A program made the translations under genes and the position numbers. From Myxococcota bacterium (GTDB lineage: Bacteria > Myxococcota_A > UBA9160 > JAFDDA01): a DNA stretch of 64,000 nt. The stretch covers positions 192,001-256,000 of the forward strand of contig OZ245817.1 in assembly GCA_965228475.1 (NCBI GenBank), given 5' to 3'. The notes below the pieces were generated by a model. The model saw only the letters and a program-made list of their open reading frames with translations, was not told where the DNA came from and searched no databases. This document shows, in pieces, positions 1 through 9,277 of this stretch. The stretch's first letter is position 1. Each line of letters starts with the position of its first letter.

Positions 1-785
1 CCGAGGACGACGTTGCTCTGGGAGGAGCCCCGGCTCGCGAGCAGGTCGGCGACCTTCGGGTTCAGGATGGCGGTCGCCACTTCCGAGCCGCCGCTCTGGA
101 AGGGAGAGACCGTGCGGGTCGCGCCGGCGCGCCGGAGCTTGCGGACCTGCTCGTCGTTCTCCGCGCGCGCGAGGATCTGGAGGTCGGGCCGCAGCTCCCG
201 CGCGGTGAGCGTCACGACGATGTTCTCGAGCTCTTCGTCCACGGCGGAGACGAGGTGGGTCGCCCGTGCGATCCCCGCACGCTCGAGCACGTCGTCCGAG
301 CTCGCCTGGCCCTGCACGCAGTGGAGGCCGCGCTCGCACGCGCTCATGAACGCGTCCTCGTCGTCCTCGACCACGACGACCTGGCGGCCGGCGGCGATGA
401 GCTGATCCACGATGGTCGAGCCCATGCGGCCGTACCCGCAGACGATGATGTGGTTCTCCATGTGGCGAATGCGTCGCTCCATCTTCTTTCTCCAGGCGAG
501 TTGCGCAGCGAGGGCGCTCTCCATGACGATGGCCATCGCGTAGGAGGCGACGCCGATGCCGCCGACGAGCAGCGCGATGGCGACCATGCGTCCTTCGTCG
601 GAGATGCCTTCGTCGCCGTAGCCGACCGTGGTGATCGTGATCAGGGTGAAGAAGAGGGCTTTCTGAAGGGTCCAGCCCTCGAGCCAGGCGAGCGCGATCG
701 TCCCGGTGGCGATCACCGCCACCAGGGCCGCGGCGGCATTGCGGAGCCGCTGCCGTCGTTCGCGAATCTCGTGATGGGCGTTCAC
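1..785 (-). CDS. Potassium channel protein with TrkA/RCK NAD-binding domain (3' end runs off the window)
   Basis: Not in ORF track. Manual translation from GTG at 785 (GGAGG upstream): MNAHHEIRERRQRLRNAAAALVAVIATG...FFTLITITTVGYGDEG. Contains the K+ filter TVGYG, then HIIVCGYGRMG Rossmann motif. Confidence 0.9.
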   Translation of the reverse strand, partial: MNAHHEIRERRQRLRNAAAALVAVIATGTIALAWLEGWTLQKALFFTLITITTVGYGDEGISDEGRMVAIALLVGGIGVASYAMAIVMESALAAQLAWRKKMERRIRHMENHIIVCGYGRMGSTIVDQLIAAGRQVVVVEDDEDAFMSACERGLHCVQGQASSDDVLERAGIARATHLVSAVDEELENIVVTLTARELRPDLQILARAENDEQVRKLRRAGATRTVSPFQSGGSEVATAILNPKVADLLASRGSSQSNVVL

Positions 786-922
786 GCCTTCCTCCCCGCC
801 CTGCCTATCGGCTGCGCGGGACGTTCCGGCACACCGGCGAAGTCCGCAGTTTCGCTCCGGGGGAGCCACGAGCCGGACCTCCGGAGAAGGCCAGACGTGC
901 GACACTGCGCGGCGCGCCCGCC

Positions 923-939
923 CGTTTCATTTCGAAACG
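923..939. promoter_or_regulatory. Candidate operator palindrome CGTTTC-N5-GAAACG
   Basis: AT-rich inverted repeat between the divergent K+ channel and CMD genes, about 30 nt before the CMD start. Confidence 0.3.
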
Positions 940-967
940 TCTTCGAGCTGGCGCCCGAGGAGAAGCC

Positions 968-1612
968 ATGCCCCGCCTGCGACAAGTCCCCCTCGCCGAA
1001 GCCCACGAGACGGCGAAGATCGTCTACAAGATGCTCTTCGGAGAGCGCGACCCCGTCGCGGAGCCGGGCACCGAGACCGGCTCCCCGGGCGATTGGTGGA
1101 CGGTCTTCGCCGGCGTGCCGGATTGTTTCGACCACGCGGTCGCGGGCTTCCAGTTCTACCGGAGCCCGAACCGCCAGCTCGACCCGAAGCTGCGCGAGCT
1201 CGGTCAGACGCGCGCCGGTTTCGCCCGGGGCAGCCGTTTCGTCTTCTCCCAGCACTGCAAGGCGTCGCGCTCGGTGGGGCTCAGCGAAGAGCAGATCCAG
1301 GCGATCCCCTCCTGGGGCGTCGCGGATTGCTTCTCGCCGCTCGAGCGCGCCGTGCTGGCCTACACGGACTGCCTCGTGCTCGACGGCGGGCGCGTTCCCG
1401 ACGAGGTCTTCGCCGCGCTGAAAGCCGAACTCTCGGACGCGGAGATCCTAGAGCTCACCTACGTGACCTGCCTCTACGAGATGCACGCCACGATGTGCCG
1501 CGCGCTGCGCCTCGAGTTCGACGACGTCGACGAGCGCATCACCGAGGTGCCGGCGCCGAGCGGTCAGGCGGGTCTCGACGTGATGGCCATGGTGGATCGC
1601 GAAGACGGATAG
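968..1612 (+). CDS. Carboxymuconolactone decarboxylase/AhpD-like family protein
   Basis: GAGGAG SD; LDPKLRELGQTR...SQHC..GLSEEQI..ERAVLAYTD pattern typical of the CMD fold. Confidence 0.8.
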   Translation: MPRLRQVPLAEAHETAKIVYKMLFGERDPVAEPGTETGSPGDWWTVFAGVPDCFDHAVAGFQFYRSPNRQLDPKLRELGQTRAGFARGSRFVFSQHCKASRSVGLSEEQIQAIPSWGVADCFSPLERAVLAYTDCLVLDGGRVPDEVFAALKAELSDAEILELTYVTCLYEMHATMCRALRLEFDDVDERITEVPAPSGQAGLDVMAMVDREDG

Positions 1613-1618
1613 GCCGCG

Positions 1619-2197
1619 CTAGCGGGGCCGCTCGTTCAGGCAGTCGATGCTGCGCTCGCCGCTGCGCGCCGCCGCGTAGCGGTGGATGCTCGCGTAGTCC
1701 GGCTCGAAGAAGAGCCGCGGCTCGAGGCCGAGCACGTGGGCGGTGAAGACGTTGATCACCCCGCCGTGGCACACCACCGCGACGTGCTCGCCCGCGTGGC
1801 GGGCGATGATCTCCTCGAGCGCGCCGATCGCCTCCCGGCAGAACGCGGTGAAGTCGACGCCGTCGCCGTAGCCGCCCCGGGCGAAGGCGCGCCAGGCTTC
1901 CGGGTCTTCGGCCTTCAACTGTTCGAGCGGGATGTAGGTATCGGACTCGCGGTCGTACTCCGCGACGCGGGCCTCGGCGACGGGCTCGATCCCGAGCCGC
2001 TCGGCCAGCGGCGCGGCGGTCTGCCGGGCGCGCAGGAGCGGGCTCGCGTAGAGCGCGTCGATGGTCTCGCCGGCGAGCCAGCGCGCGGTTCGAAGGGCCT
2101 GCTCGTGGCCGCCGGCGTCGAGGGGCGGGTCCGCGGGGCTGCCGTCCTTCGTCTGCTTGCGCTCCGGCCGCGCGTGTCGGATCAGGGTCAGACGCAC
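1619..2197 (-). CDS. Histidine phosphatase (phosphoglycerate mutase family)
   Basis: C-terminal part of the 732-aa track ORF; GTG start; LIRHA, ASPLLRARQTA and VVCHGGVI motifs. Confidence 0.88.
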   Translation of the reverse strand: MRLTLIRHARPERKQTKDGSPADPPLDAGGHEQALRTARWLAGETIDALYASPLLRARQTAAPLAERLGIEPVAEARVAEYDRESDTYIPLEQLKAEDPEAWRAFARGGYGDGVDFTAFCREAIGALEEIIARHAGEHVAVVCHGGVINVFTAHVLGLEPRLFFEPDYASIHRYAAARSGERSIDCLNERPR

Positions 2198-2199
2198 GG

Positions 2200-3003
2200 T
2201 CAGTCCTCGTAGCGCGGCGCCCGCTTCGCCTTGCGGGCGCGTACCGCCTCTTCGAAGTTCTTCGTCGTGAGCCGCGCGTAGAGCTGGGTCACGCCCTCGT
2301 GGGTCATGTGGGAGCGGAGGCTTCCGGCTTCGAGGCCGGCCCACATCATCTGCTTGGTGAGTTCGATGCCGAGCTGGCTCCAGCCCGCGATGCGCTCCGC
2401 CGTGTCGAAGCAGGTGGCCAGCAGCGCGTCGCCCGGGACGGCCTCGGAGACGAGTCCGATGCGCGCCGCCTCCTCGGCGCCGACGTCCCGGCCCGTCAGC
2501 ATGATCTCGAAGGCGCGTGAGCTTCCGATCGCGCGGGGCAGGAGGTAGGAGAGCCCGAGCTCCATGGCGGTGAGCCCGTTGTTGATGCCGGCGGCGCGGA
2601 AGACCGCCTCCGTGGAGGCGATGCGCACGTCCGCCGCGAGCGCGAGGCAGAGCCCCCCGCCGATGGCCGGCCCGTTCACGGCGGCGATCACCGGCTGGTG
2701 CATTTCGCGCAGCGTGAGGATCACGTCCTCGAGGCAGCGCATCGCGCGCCGGGCGATCTTCGGAACCGTCAGGCCTTCGATGCCGGGAAGGAAGCCCGGG
2801 TCTTCGAGGTCGGCGCCGGCGCAGAAGGCCGAGCCCGCGCCCGTCAGGACCACCGCGCGGCAGTCGTTCTCCGCGCTCACGGTCTCCAGGGCTTCGCGCA
2901 GGGGAATCATCAGATCGAAGGCCATGGCGTTCTTGCGCTCGGGCCGGTTCAGGGTGATGCGCGCCGTGTGAGGGCGCGGGCGGTCGATCTCGACGAAAGG
3001 CAT
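2200..3003 (-). CDS. Enoyl-CoA hydratase/isomerase family protein
   Basis: ITLNRPERKNAM, AFCAGADL and AAVNGPAIGGG crotonase motifs. Confidence 0.92.
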   Translation of the reverse strand: MPFVEIDRPRPHTARITLNRPERKNAMAFDLMIPLREALETVSAENDCRAVVLTGAGSAFCAGADLEDPGFLPGIEGLTVPKIARRAMRCLEDVILTLREMHQPVIAAVNGPAIGGGLCLALAADVRIASTEAVFRAAGINNGLTAMELGLSYLLPRAIGSSRAFEIMLTGRDVGAEEAARIGLVSEAVPGDALLATCFDTAERIAGWSQLGIELTKQMMWAGLEAGSLRSHMTHEGVTQLYARLTTKNFEEAVRARKAKRAPRYED

Positions 3004-3112
3004 GGCGGGACTCTACCGCGTCCTTCGCGGCTCCTTCCCGCGGTTTCCCGGAATCCCTTGACGCCGCCCCGTGCGCCGGTGGAGGATCCCGGAACGCGCC
3101 CGGAGGTCTGCC

Positions 3113-3775
3113 ATGGTTGCCCGCCATCCCGACGAATCCCCGGAATACCGGAAGCTCCGCGACGAGCTTCGCGAGGCCGAGATCGCCCTGCGCGATCAGC
3201 GCGAGCGCGTCGCCGAACTCCGGCGGAGCCTGCCCCTCGACACCGTCGTCCCGGACGAGACCTTCCGCCGCGTTCGTGACGGTCAGGCCGAAGACGTGAA
3301 GCTCTCGGAGCTCTTCGATCGCCCGGACCAGCCGCTCCTGCTCCTCCACTTCATGTTCGGGAAGGCCCAGAAGAGCCCGTGCCCGATGTGCACCTCCTGG
3401 GCGGACGGCTACGACGGCATCCTTCCCCACCTCGAGCAGCGCGCGAACTTCCGCGTCTTCGTCGCGGGGGACCCGGCCGAGTTCGAGGCCTACGCCCGCT
3501 CGCGCGGCTGGAAGAACCTCGAGGTCGTTTCCGCCGGCGATTCGGCGCTCAAGCGCACGCTCGGTTTCGAGAACGGCGAGGGCGCCCAGGAACCCGGGCT
3601 TTCGGTCTTCACGCGCCGGGCCGACGGCTCCCTCGTCCATTTCTACTCCGTCTCGGCGAACCTCGAGGAAGCGGGCTTCCGCGGCATGGACCTCTTCAAC
3701 CCGCTCTGGCACTTCTTCGACACCACGCCCGAAGGCCGCGGAGAGTTCTTCCCGAGCAAGCGCTACGGCGACTGA
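3113..3775 (+). CDS. DUF899-family thioredoxin-like protein
   Basis: GGAGG SD; RERVAELRRSLP, KLSELF, HFMFG, CPMC redox motif, DTTPEGR. Confidence 0.8.
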   Translation: MVARHPDESPEYRKLRDELREAEIALRDQRERVAELRRSLPLDTVVPDETFRRVRDGQAEDVKLSELFDRPDQPLLLLHFMFGKAQKSPCPMCTSWADGYDGILPHLEQRANFRVFVAGDPAEFEAYARSRGWKNLEVVSAGDSALKRTLGFENGEGAQEPGLSVFTRRADGSLVHFYSVSANLEEAGFRGMDLFNPLWHFFDTTPEGRGEFFPSKRYGD

Positions 3776-3856
3776 GTTCGACGGGCAGCGGCTCTGGTAG
3801 ACTCCGGCCGCGGCCATTCATTCTTCCCCTGCGGGTTCCACCGAGAGGAACGTTCC

Positions 3857-4246
3857 ATGAAGTACAGCGAGCCGGTCTACGCCGAGATCACCCCCGAGCT
3901 GAAAGAGCGTCTCGAGAAGTTCCGCGACGAGCACGAAGGTGCGGCGCTCGGCGGCGTCGGGACGACGGTTCTCTTCGAAGACGACGACGTGCGCATCTGG
4001 GAGCTGAAGCTCGAGCCCGGGCAGGCGAGCGACCTCCATCACCACGAGCACGACTACATCCTGATCATCATGAGCGGCGATCTCGTGGCCGGCGTCATGC
4101 CCAAGGGCGGGCCGATGGATTTCTTCGTCGGCAAGATCCCGCCGGAGGGGAACACGGTCCGCGTGCCGAAGGGCAACACCGAGTGGGCGGTGAACGTCGG
4201 CAACGAGACGTACCACGAGTTCCTGGTCGAGCTGAAGTCGACCTGA
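3857..4246 (+). CDS. Cupin domain protein
   Basis: LFEDDDVRIWELKLEPGQASDLHHHEHDY and AVNVG...VELK cupin pattern. Confidence 0.75.
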   Translation: MKYSEPVYAEITPELKERLEKFRDEHEGAALGGVGTTVLFEDDDVRIWELKLEPGQASDLHHHEHDYILIIMSGDLVAGVMPKGGPMDFFVGKIPPEGNTVRVPKGNTEWAVNVGNETYHEFLVELKST

Positions 4247-4262
4247 TCGGGGCTCGCCGCGG

Positions 4263-5054
4263 TCAGTCTCCCGACTGTCCGAGGATCCGCCGGATGTGCG
4301 TCGTGAAGTTGGGCTGGCCGGTGTGGACCGTGATCCCGCCGTCGACGACGAGGCAGTGCCCGGTCACGTAGCGCGCGTCGTCGCTCGCGAGGAAGGTGAC
4401 GGTGGTCGCCACTTCGTCCGCGGTTCCGGGGCGTCCCATCGGGATGCGCTCGGCGTAGTCTTCGACCACGGCCGGCTGGTCGAGCAGGATCTTCGAGAGT
4501 GCCGTCTCGATCAGGCCCGGGCACACCGCGTTCACGCGGATGTTCTCCCGCGCGTGGTCGATGGCCAGGGTCTTCGTGTAGTTGGTGACGGCGCCCTTGG
4601 CGGCGTTGTAGGCGGCGAAGCCGTAGTCCGCCGCGACGCCGGAGATCGAGGCCGTGTTCACGATCGCGCCGCCCCCGCGGGCGCGCAGGTGCGGGATCGC
4701 CGCGCGGCATCCGTAGAAGACCGAGTGCAGGTCCGTCGCGATCACCTTGTGCCACTGCTCGGGGTCGATGTCCGGGGTTTCGCCGAAGCTGCCGATCCCG
4801 GCGTTGTTGAAGAGCACGTCGAGGCCGCCGAGCTGCTCCACCGTCGCCTCGACCAGCGCGTTCACCTGCTCGAGGTCCGAGACGTCCGCCGTCTGGAAGA
4901 CGCCGCCGATCTCGCTCGCGATCTCCTTGCCGGCGGCTTCGTCGAGGTCCGCGACCATCACCCGCGCGCCCTCCGCGGCGAAGCGGCGCGCGCTCGCCGC
5001 GCCGATCCCCGATGCCCCGCCCGTCACCAGAACCACCTTGTCCTCGAATCGCAT
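4263..5054 (-). CDS. SDR family oxidoreductase
   Basis: TGGASGIG, NNAG and YNAAK motifs. Confidence 0.93.
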   Translation of the reverse strand: MRFEDKVVLVTGGASGIGAASARRFAAEGARVMVADLDEAAGKEIASEIGGVFQTADVSDLEQVNALVEATVEQLGGLDVLFNNAGIGSFGETPDIDPEQWHKVIATDLHSVFYGCRAAIPHLRARGGGAIVNTASISGVAADYGFAAYNAAKGAVTNYTKTLAIDHARENIRVNAVCPGLIETALSKILLDQPAVVEDYAERIPMGRPGTADEVATTVTFLASDDARYVTGHCLVVDGGITVHTGQPNFTTHIRRILGQSGD

Positions 5055-5093
5055 GCCGTCCTCCCGTCGAGCCCCACGATAACCAACCGAGGG

Positions 5094-5193
5094 GACTGAC
5101 GAGGGGGACGTTCCTGCCTAGCTGCCCAAGGGGCCATTCCTCAGGCCGAGTGGGTCCCTGGGCAGCTAGGCAGGAACGTCCCCCTCGTCAGTC
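5094..5193. repeat. 100-bp hairpin with perfect 35-bp inverted arms (REP/REPIN- or MITE-like)
   Basis: GACTGACGAGGGGGACGTTCCTGCCTAGCTGCCCA (5094-5128) is the exact reverse complement of 5159-5193; the 30-nt interior pairs imperfectly further. Confidence 0.85.
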
Positions 5194-5242
5194 GGGGCGG
5201 GCCGTGGCAGGATGCTTCCTGAACCACCCCGAGGGCGACGAC

Positions 5243-6007
5243 ATGTCCGATGCGTTCGATCTCTCCGGCCGCGTGGCCGTGGTGACCGGTGGCAGCCGGG
5301 GCCTCGGCCGCGAGATGGTGCGCGCCTTCGCGCGCCACGGTGCGGACGTCGTCATCGCGAGCCGCAAGGCGGACTCCTGCGAGGCTCTCGCGGAGGAGGT
5401 CACGAAGGAGACCGGCCGCCGCGCGCTCGCCGTCGGCTGCCACGTTGGACGCTGGGCGGATTGCGATGCCCTCGTCGAGCGGTGCTACGAGGCCTTCGGC
5501 CGCGCCGACGTGCTCGTGAACAACGCCGGCATGTCGCCGCGCTACGCGTCGCTCCCCGAGGTCTCGGAGGAGCTCTTCGACAAGGTCATCGGCGTGAACC
5601 TGCGCGGCCCCTTCCGGCTGACCTCGCTGTTCGCGACGCGCATGGCCGAAGCCGGTGGCGGCGTGGTGCTGAACGTGAGCAGCACCGCGGCCGTCCAGCC
5701 GACGCCGATCGAGATCCCCTACGCCGCGGCGAAGGCGGGCATCCACTCGCTCACGGTCTCCATGGCGCGGGCCTTCGCGCCCAAGGTGCGCGTGAACGCG
5801 ATCATGCCCGGCCCCTTCCGGACGGACATCAGCAACGCGTGGCCGCCGGAGATGGTGAAGGCCATCGAGTCGACCGTACCGATGGCTCGCCTCGGGGAAG
5901 CGGAGGAGATCGTCGGCGCCGCGCTCTACCTCGCGAGCGACGCCTCGAGCTACACCACCGGTGCCGTCATCAAGATCGATGGCGGCATGGCCTTCTCCCC
6001 GGCGTAG
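5243..6007 (+). CDS. SDR family oxidoreductase
   Basis: TGGSRGLG, NNAG and YAAAK motifs; start MSDAFDLSGR. Confidence 0.92.
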   Translation: MSDAFDLSGRVAVVTGGSRGLGREMVRAFARHGADVVIASRKADSCEALAEEVTKETGRRALAVGCHVGRWADCDALVERCYEAFGRADVLVNNAGMSPRYASLPEVSEELFDKVIGVNLRGPFRLTSLFATRMAEAGGGVVLNVSSTAAVQPTPIEIPYAAAKAGIHSLTVSMARAFAPKVRVNAIMPGPFRTDISNAWPPEMVKAIESTVPMARLGEAEEIVGAALYLASDASSYTTGAVIKIDGGMAFSPA

Positions 6008-6011
6008 CCCG

Positions 6012-7184
6012 ATGCCCGCCTGGCGAAACTGGTCCGGGAAGAAGTCGGCGGAGCCCGTCCGCATCGTCCGGCCGCTGACCGAGGAGGCGGCCGTAGCCGC
6101 CGTCGCGGCCGCGGCCAGGGACGGCGCGCGGCTCCGGGTGGTCGGTGCCGGGCACAGTCACAGCCCGCTCGCCGCGACGGAGGGCCACCTGCTCGATCTG
6201 GAGAGCCTCACCGGGATCGTCTCGGTGGACGCGCCGGCCCGCCGCGCCGTCCTGCGCGGCGGCACCCGGATCCACCAGCTCGGCGCGCCGCTGCTCGCCG
6301 CCGGGCTCGGCCTCGTGAACCAGGGCGACATCGACCGCCAGGCCATCGCGGGCGCGATCGCCACGGGGACCCACGGAACGGGAGAACGCCTCGGGAATTT
6401 TTCTACCGCCGTACGGGGTCTCCGACTCGCCCTGGCGGACGGCAGCGTCGTCGACTGCGACGCCGACCGGGAGCCCGAGCTCTTCGAGGCGGCACGGCTC
6501 GGCCTCGGCGCCCTCGGCGTGGTGCTGCGGGTCGACCTCGCGGTACGCGACGCCTACCGCCTGCGCGAGCGAATCTACCTGGAGGACCTCGACGCCGTGC
6601 TCGGGAAGCTCCCCGAACTCACCGCCGCGCACCGGCACTTCGAGTTCTTCTGGTACCCGGGCCGCGACCGCGCCGTCTGCAAGGCGATCGACGAGACCGA
6701 CGACCCGCCCGAGTACCCGCTGGCCGACGAGGGCGCCCGCTGCGCCTGGAGCTTCGAGGTGCTCGCGAACCACCGCCCGGACCTCCACACCGAGATGGAG
6801 TACTCGGTCCCGGTCGAGCGCGGCCCCGCCTGCTTCCAGGAGATCCGAACGCTCCTGCGCGAGCGCTTCCCGGACGTCGCCTGGCCCCTCGAGTACCGCA
6901 CCGTCGCGAGCGACGACCTCGGGCTCTCCATGGCCCACGGCCGCGCCACCGCCACGATCTCCGTCCACCAGGACATCGCGAGCGACGACGAGCCGGCTTT
7001 CCGCGCGTGCGAGGAGATCTTCCTCGCCCACGAAGGCCGCCCGCACTGGGGCAAGGTCCACTACCTGGATGGCCGGACTCTCGCCCGTCGCTACCCGCGC
7101 TACGCGGATTGGTGGCGCATCCGCGACCGCTTCGATCCGGACGGACGCTTCCTGAACGCCCACCTCGAGGGCCTTCGCCCCTAG
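6012..7184 (+). CDS. FAD-linked oxidase, D-arabinono-1,4-lactone/L-gulonolactone oxidase family
   Basis: WRNWSG, GAGHSHS, ATGTHGTG, EMEY and RPHWGK motifs. Confidence 0.9.
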   Translation: MPAWRNWSGKKSAEPVRIVRPLTEEAAVAAVAAAARDGARLRVVGAGHSHSPLAATEGHLLDLESLTGIVSVDAPARRAVLRGGTRIHQLGAPLLAAGLGLVNQGDIDRQAIAGAIATGTHGTGERLGNFSTAVRGLRLALADGSVVDCDADREPELFEAARLGLGALGVVLRVDLAVRDAYRLRERIYLEDLDAVLGKLPELTAAHRHFEFFWYPGRDRAVCKAIDETDDPPEYPLADEGARCAWSFEVLANHRPDLHTEMEYSVPVERGPACFQEIRTLLRERFPDVAWPLEYRTVASDDLGLSMAHGRATATISVHQDIASDDEPAFRACEEIFLAHEGRPHWGKVHYLDGRTLARRYPRYADWWRIRDRFDPDGRFLNAHLEGLRP

Positions 7185-8218
7185 AGCACTTCCTCCGCCA
7201 CGAGCTCGAGCGCCTCGCGCTGGGGCGTGTTCACGTTCAGCGTGTGGATGTGCTTCTTCTTGCCGGCTTCCTTCCAGGCGCCCAGCCGCTCGCGGATGCG
7301 CTCCGCCGGGCCGAGCAGGCTCACGGAGTCGACGAGCTCGTCGGGCACCGCGGCCATGGCCTCCTTCTTCTTCCCGTCGAGGAAGAGGTCCTGGATCTTC
7401 ACCGCGGCGTCCTCGTAGCCCATGCGCTTGGCGAGGTCGTTGTAGAAGTTCTTTCCCCGAGCACCCATGCCGCCGATGTAGAGCGCGAGGTTCCCCTTCA
7501 CGGGCCCGCGCACGCGCTCGAGATCGTCCGAGATGATCACGGTCGTTGCGGCGATGATCGCGAAGTCGTCGAGGCTCTTGCCGCCGCCAGCCTTGGCGAA
7601 GCCTTCTTCGATGTGCGGCAGGTAGACCTCATCGACCCTCTCCGGGTCCGTCATCATCGGGAACACGCCGTCGGCGACCTCGCCCGCGCAGCGCAGGCCG
7701 TTCGGGCTGATCGATGCGGTGTAGATCGGGATCGTCGGGTCGCCGTGCAGGATGCTCTTCAACGGCTTGCCGAGCCCCGTTCCGCCCGCGCACGGGATGT
7801 CGTAGATCTCCCCGTGGAACTCGACGGGCTTCTCGCGCGCGAGGATCTGCCGGATGATCTGGATGTACTCGCGCGTCCGCGTCAGCGGCTTGCCGTAGGG
7901 CACGCCGTGCCAGCCTTCGGAAACCTGGGGCCCGGACGGGCCGAGGCCGAGGCGGAAGCGTCCGCCCGAGAGGTGATCGAGGGTCATGGCCGTCATCGCG
8001 GTCATGGCGGGCGTGCGCGCGGGCATCTGCATGATCGCCGTCCCGACCTTGAGCTTCGTCGTCTGGGCGAGCACCCAGGCGGCGGTCGAGACCGCGTCGT
8101 TGCCGTAGGCCTCGGCCGTCCAGGCGACGTCGTAGCCGAGGGTCTCGGCATGCTTCAGCATGTCCATGTCGATGTTGGCCTTCGGCCCAAAGCCGATGGC
8201 ACCCGTTCCGAGCTTCAT
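7181..8218 (-). CDS. LLM class flavin (probably F420)-dependent oxidoreductase
   Basis: MKLG..., WTAEAYGND, TLDHLSGGRFRLGLGPSGPQVSEGWHG. Confidence 0.9.
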   Translation of the reverse strand: MKLGTGAIGFGPKANIDMDMLKHAETLGYDVAWTAEAYGNDAVSTAAWVLAQTTKLKVGTAIMQMPARTPAMTAMTAMTLDHLSGGRFRLGLGPSGPQVSEGWHGVPYGKPLTRTREYIQIIRQILAREKPVEFHGEIYDIPCAGGTGLGKPLKSILHGDPTIPIYTASISPNGLRCAGEVADGVFPMMTDPERVDEVYLPHIEEGFAKAGGGKSLDDFAIIAATTVIISDDLERVRGPVKGNLALYIGGMGARGKNFYNDLAKRMGYEDAAVKIQDLFLDGKKKEAMAAVPDELVDSVSLLGPAERIRERLGAWKEAGKKKHIHTLNVNTPQREALELVAEEVL

Positions 8219-8226
8219 GGGGTCTC

Positions 8227-9225
8227 CTACTTCTCGAAGGGCGCTTTGCAGCCGGTGGCTTCGAGCACGCCGTCGAGGGCGCTCGTGTCGCCGACGGCGG
8301 CATACTTGTCGCGGAGGGCCGCGAGGGACTTGGCGTGATACTTCTGGGGCTTCTGCGTGAACGTCCCGGTCGGGAGTTCGACGCTGAACTCTTCTTCGCC
8401 GGCGGCGACGCAGGCTTCGTTCGCGAGCGTCCACGGCACGAACAGGCCGCCGACCTGCTCGCGCAGGAAGGGCTCGAGGGTCGGCGCCAGGGTGTCCCAG
8501 CGCTCGAAGGGTCCCTCCACCCGGGGCCAGGTCATGCGGTGGATCCAGGCTAGGAGATTCGGGCAGCCGTTCACGAGGCCGGCCGGCGTCGGGTCCGTCC
8601 AGGCGTTGTAGAGCTGGCCCCAGAGTCCGAAGTCGCCGTAGGCGGGGCGCTCGCCGAAGAGGTACGGCCGCTCCGCCAGGTGCGCCTCGAGCTGGGCGAG
8701 GGCGCTGCGAAAGGAGCTCTCGATCTGCGGCGCGGTCCCTTCGTTCGAGCCCACGAACCACACGCGGTCGACCATGCGGTTCTTGACGCCCTCGGCCATG
8801 CCGGCGTGCTGTTCGTCGCTTGCCTCGGGCATGAAGTTCCGGGCGATGCGCGCGCCCGCGGAGTCCTGGTCGGCGGGGCGCGCCCAGCGGTAGTGGAACA
8901 TCCACTTGTTGCCCCACTCGTCGCCGAACTCTTCGAGTAGCGCGGAGAGGAAGCCGACGACCGGGTCCTCCGGGTGCACCGAGGGCTCCGGGTGCTCCGC
9001 TTCGAAGCGGTCGAGGATGGGCGTCGAGTCCTGGATCCCTTCGCCCTCGGGCGTCACGACGAGGGGCACGATCGGGATGCGCGCGTACTTCTTGTACTCC
9101 TCTTCCGAAGCCGGCCCGCGCACGACCCAGCGGTGCGGGATGCCCTTGTATCGGAAGTAGGAGCGCACCTTCACCGAGTACGGCGAGAGCTCGATCCCGA
9201 AGATGCGATTCACGTCGTCGGCCAT
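8227..9225 (-). CDS. Glutathione S-transferase family protein
   Basis: ELSPYSVKVRSYFRYKGIP, IQDSTPI, DEWGNKWMFHYRW; GGAGG SD. Confidence 0.85.
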   Translation of the reverse strand: MADDVNRIFGIELSPYSVKVRSYFRYKGIPHRWVVRGPASEEEYKKYARIPIVPLVVTPEGEGIQDSTPILDRFEAEHPEPSVHPEDPVVGFLSALLEEFGDEWGNKWMFHYRWARPADQDSAGARIARNFMPEASDEQHAGMAEGVKNRMVDRVWFVGSNEGTAPQIESSFRSALAQLEAHLAERPYLFGERPAYGDFGLWGQLYNAWTDPTPAGLVNGCPNLLAWIHRMTWPRVEGPFERWDTLAPTLEPFLREQVGGLFVPWTLANEACVAAGEEEFSVELPTGTFTQKPQKYHAKSLAALRDKYAAVGDTSALDGVLEATGCKAPFEK

Positions 9226-9277
9226 GGGTCCTCCGAGGGGCGCGGGGCGACATACTGACACGCCGGAGGCACCGGGA

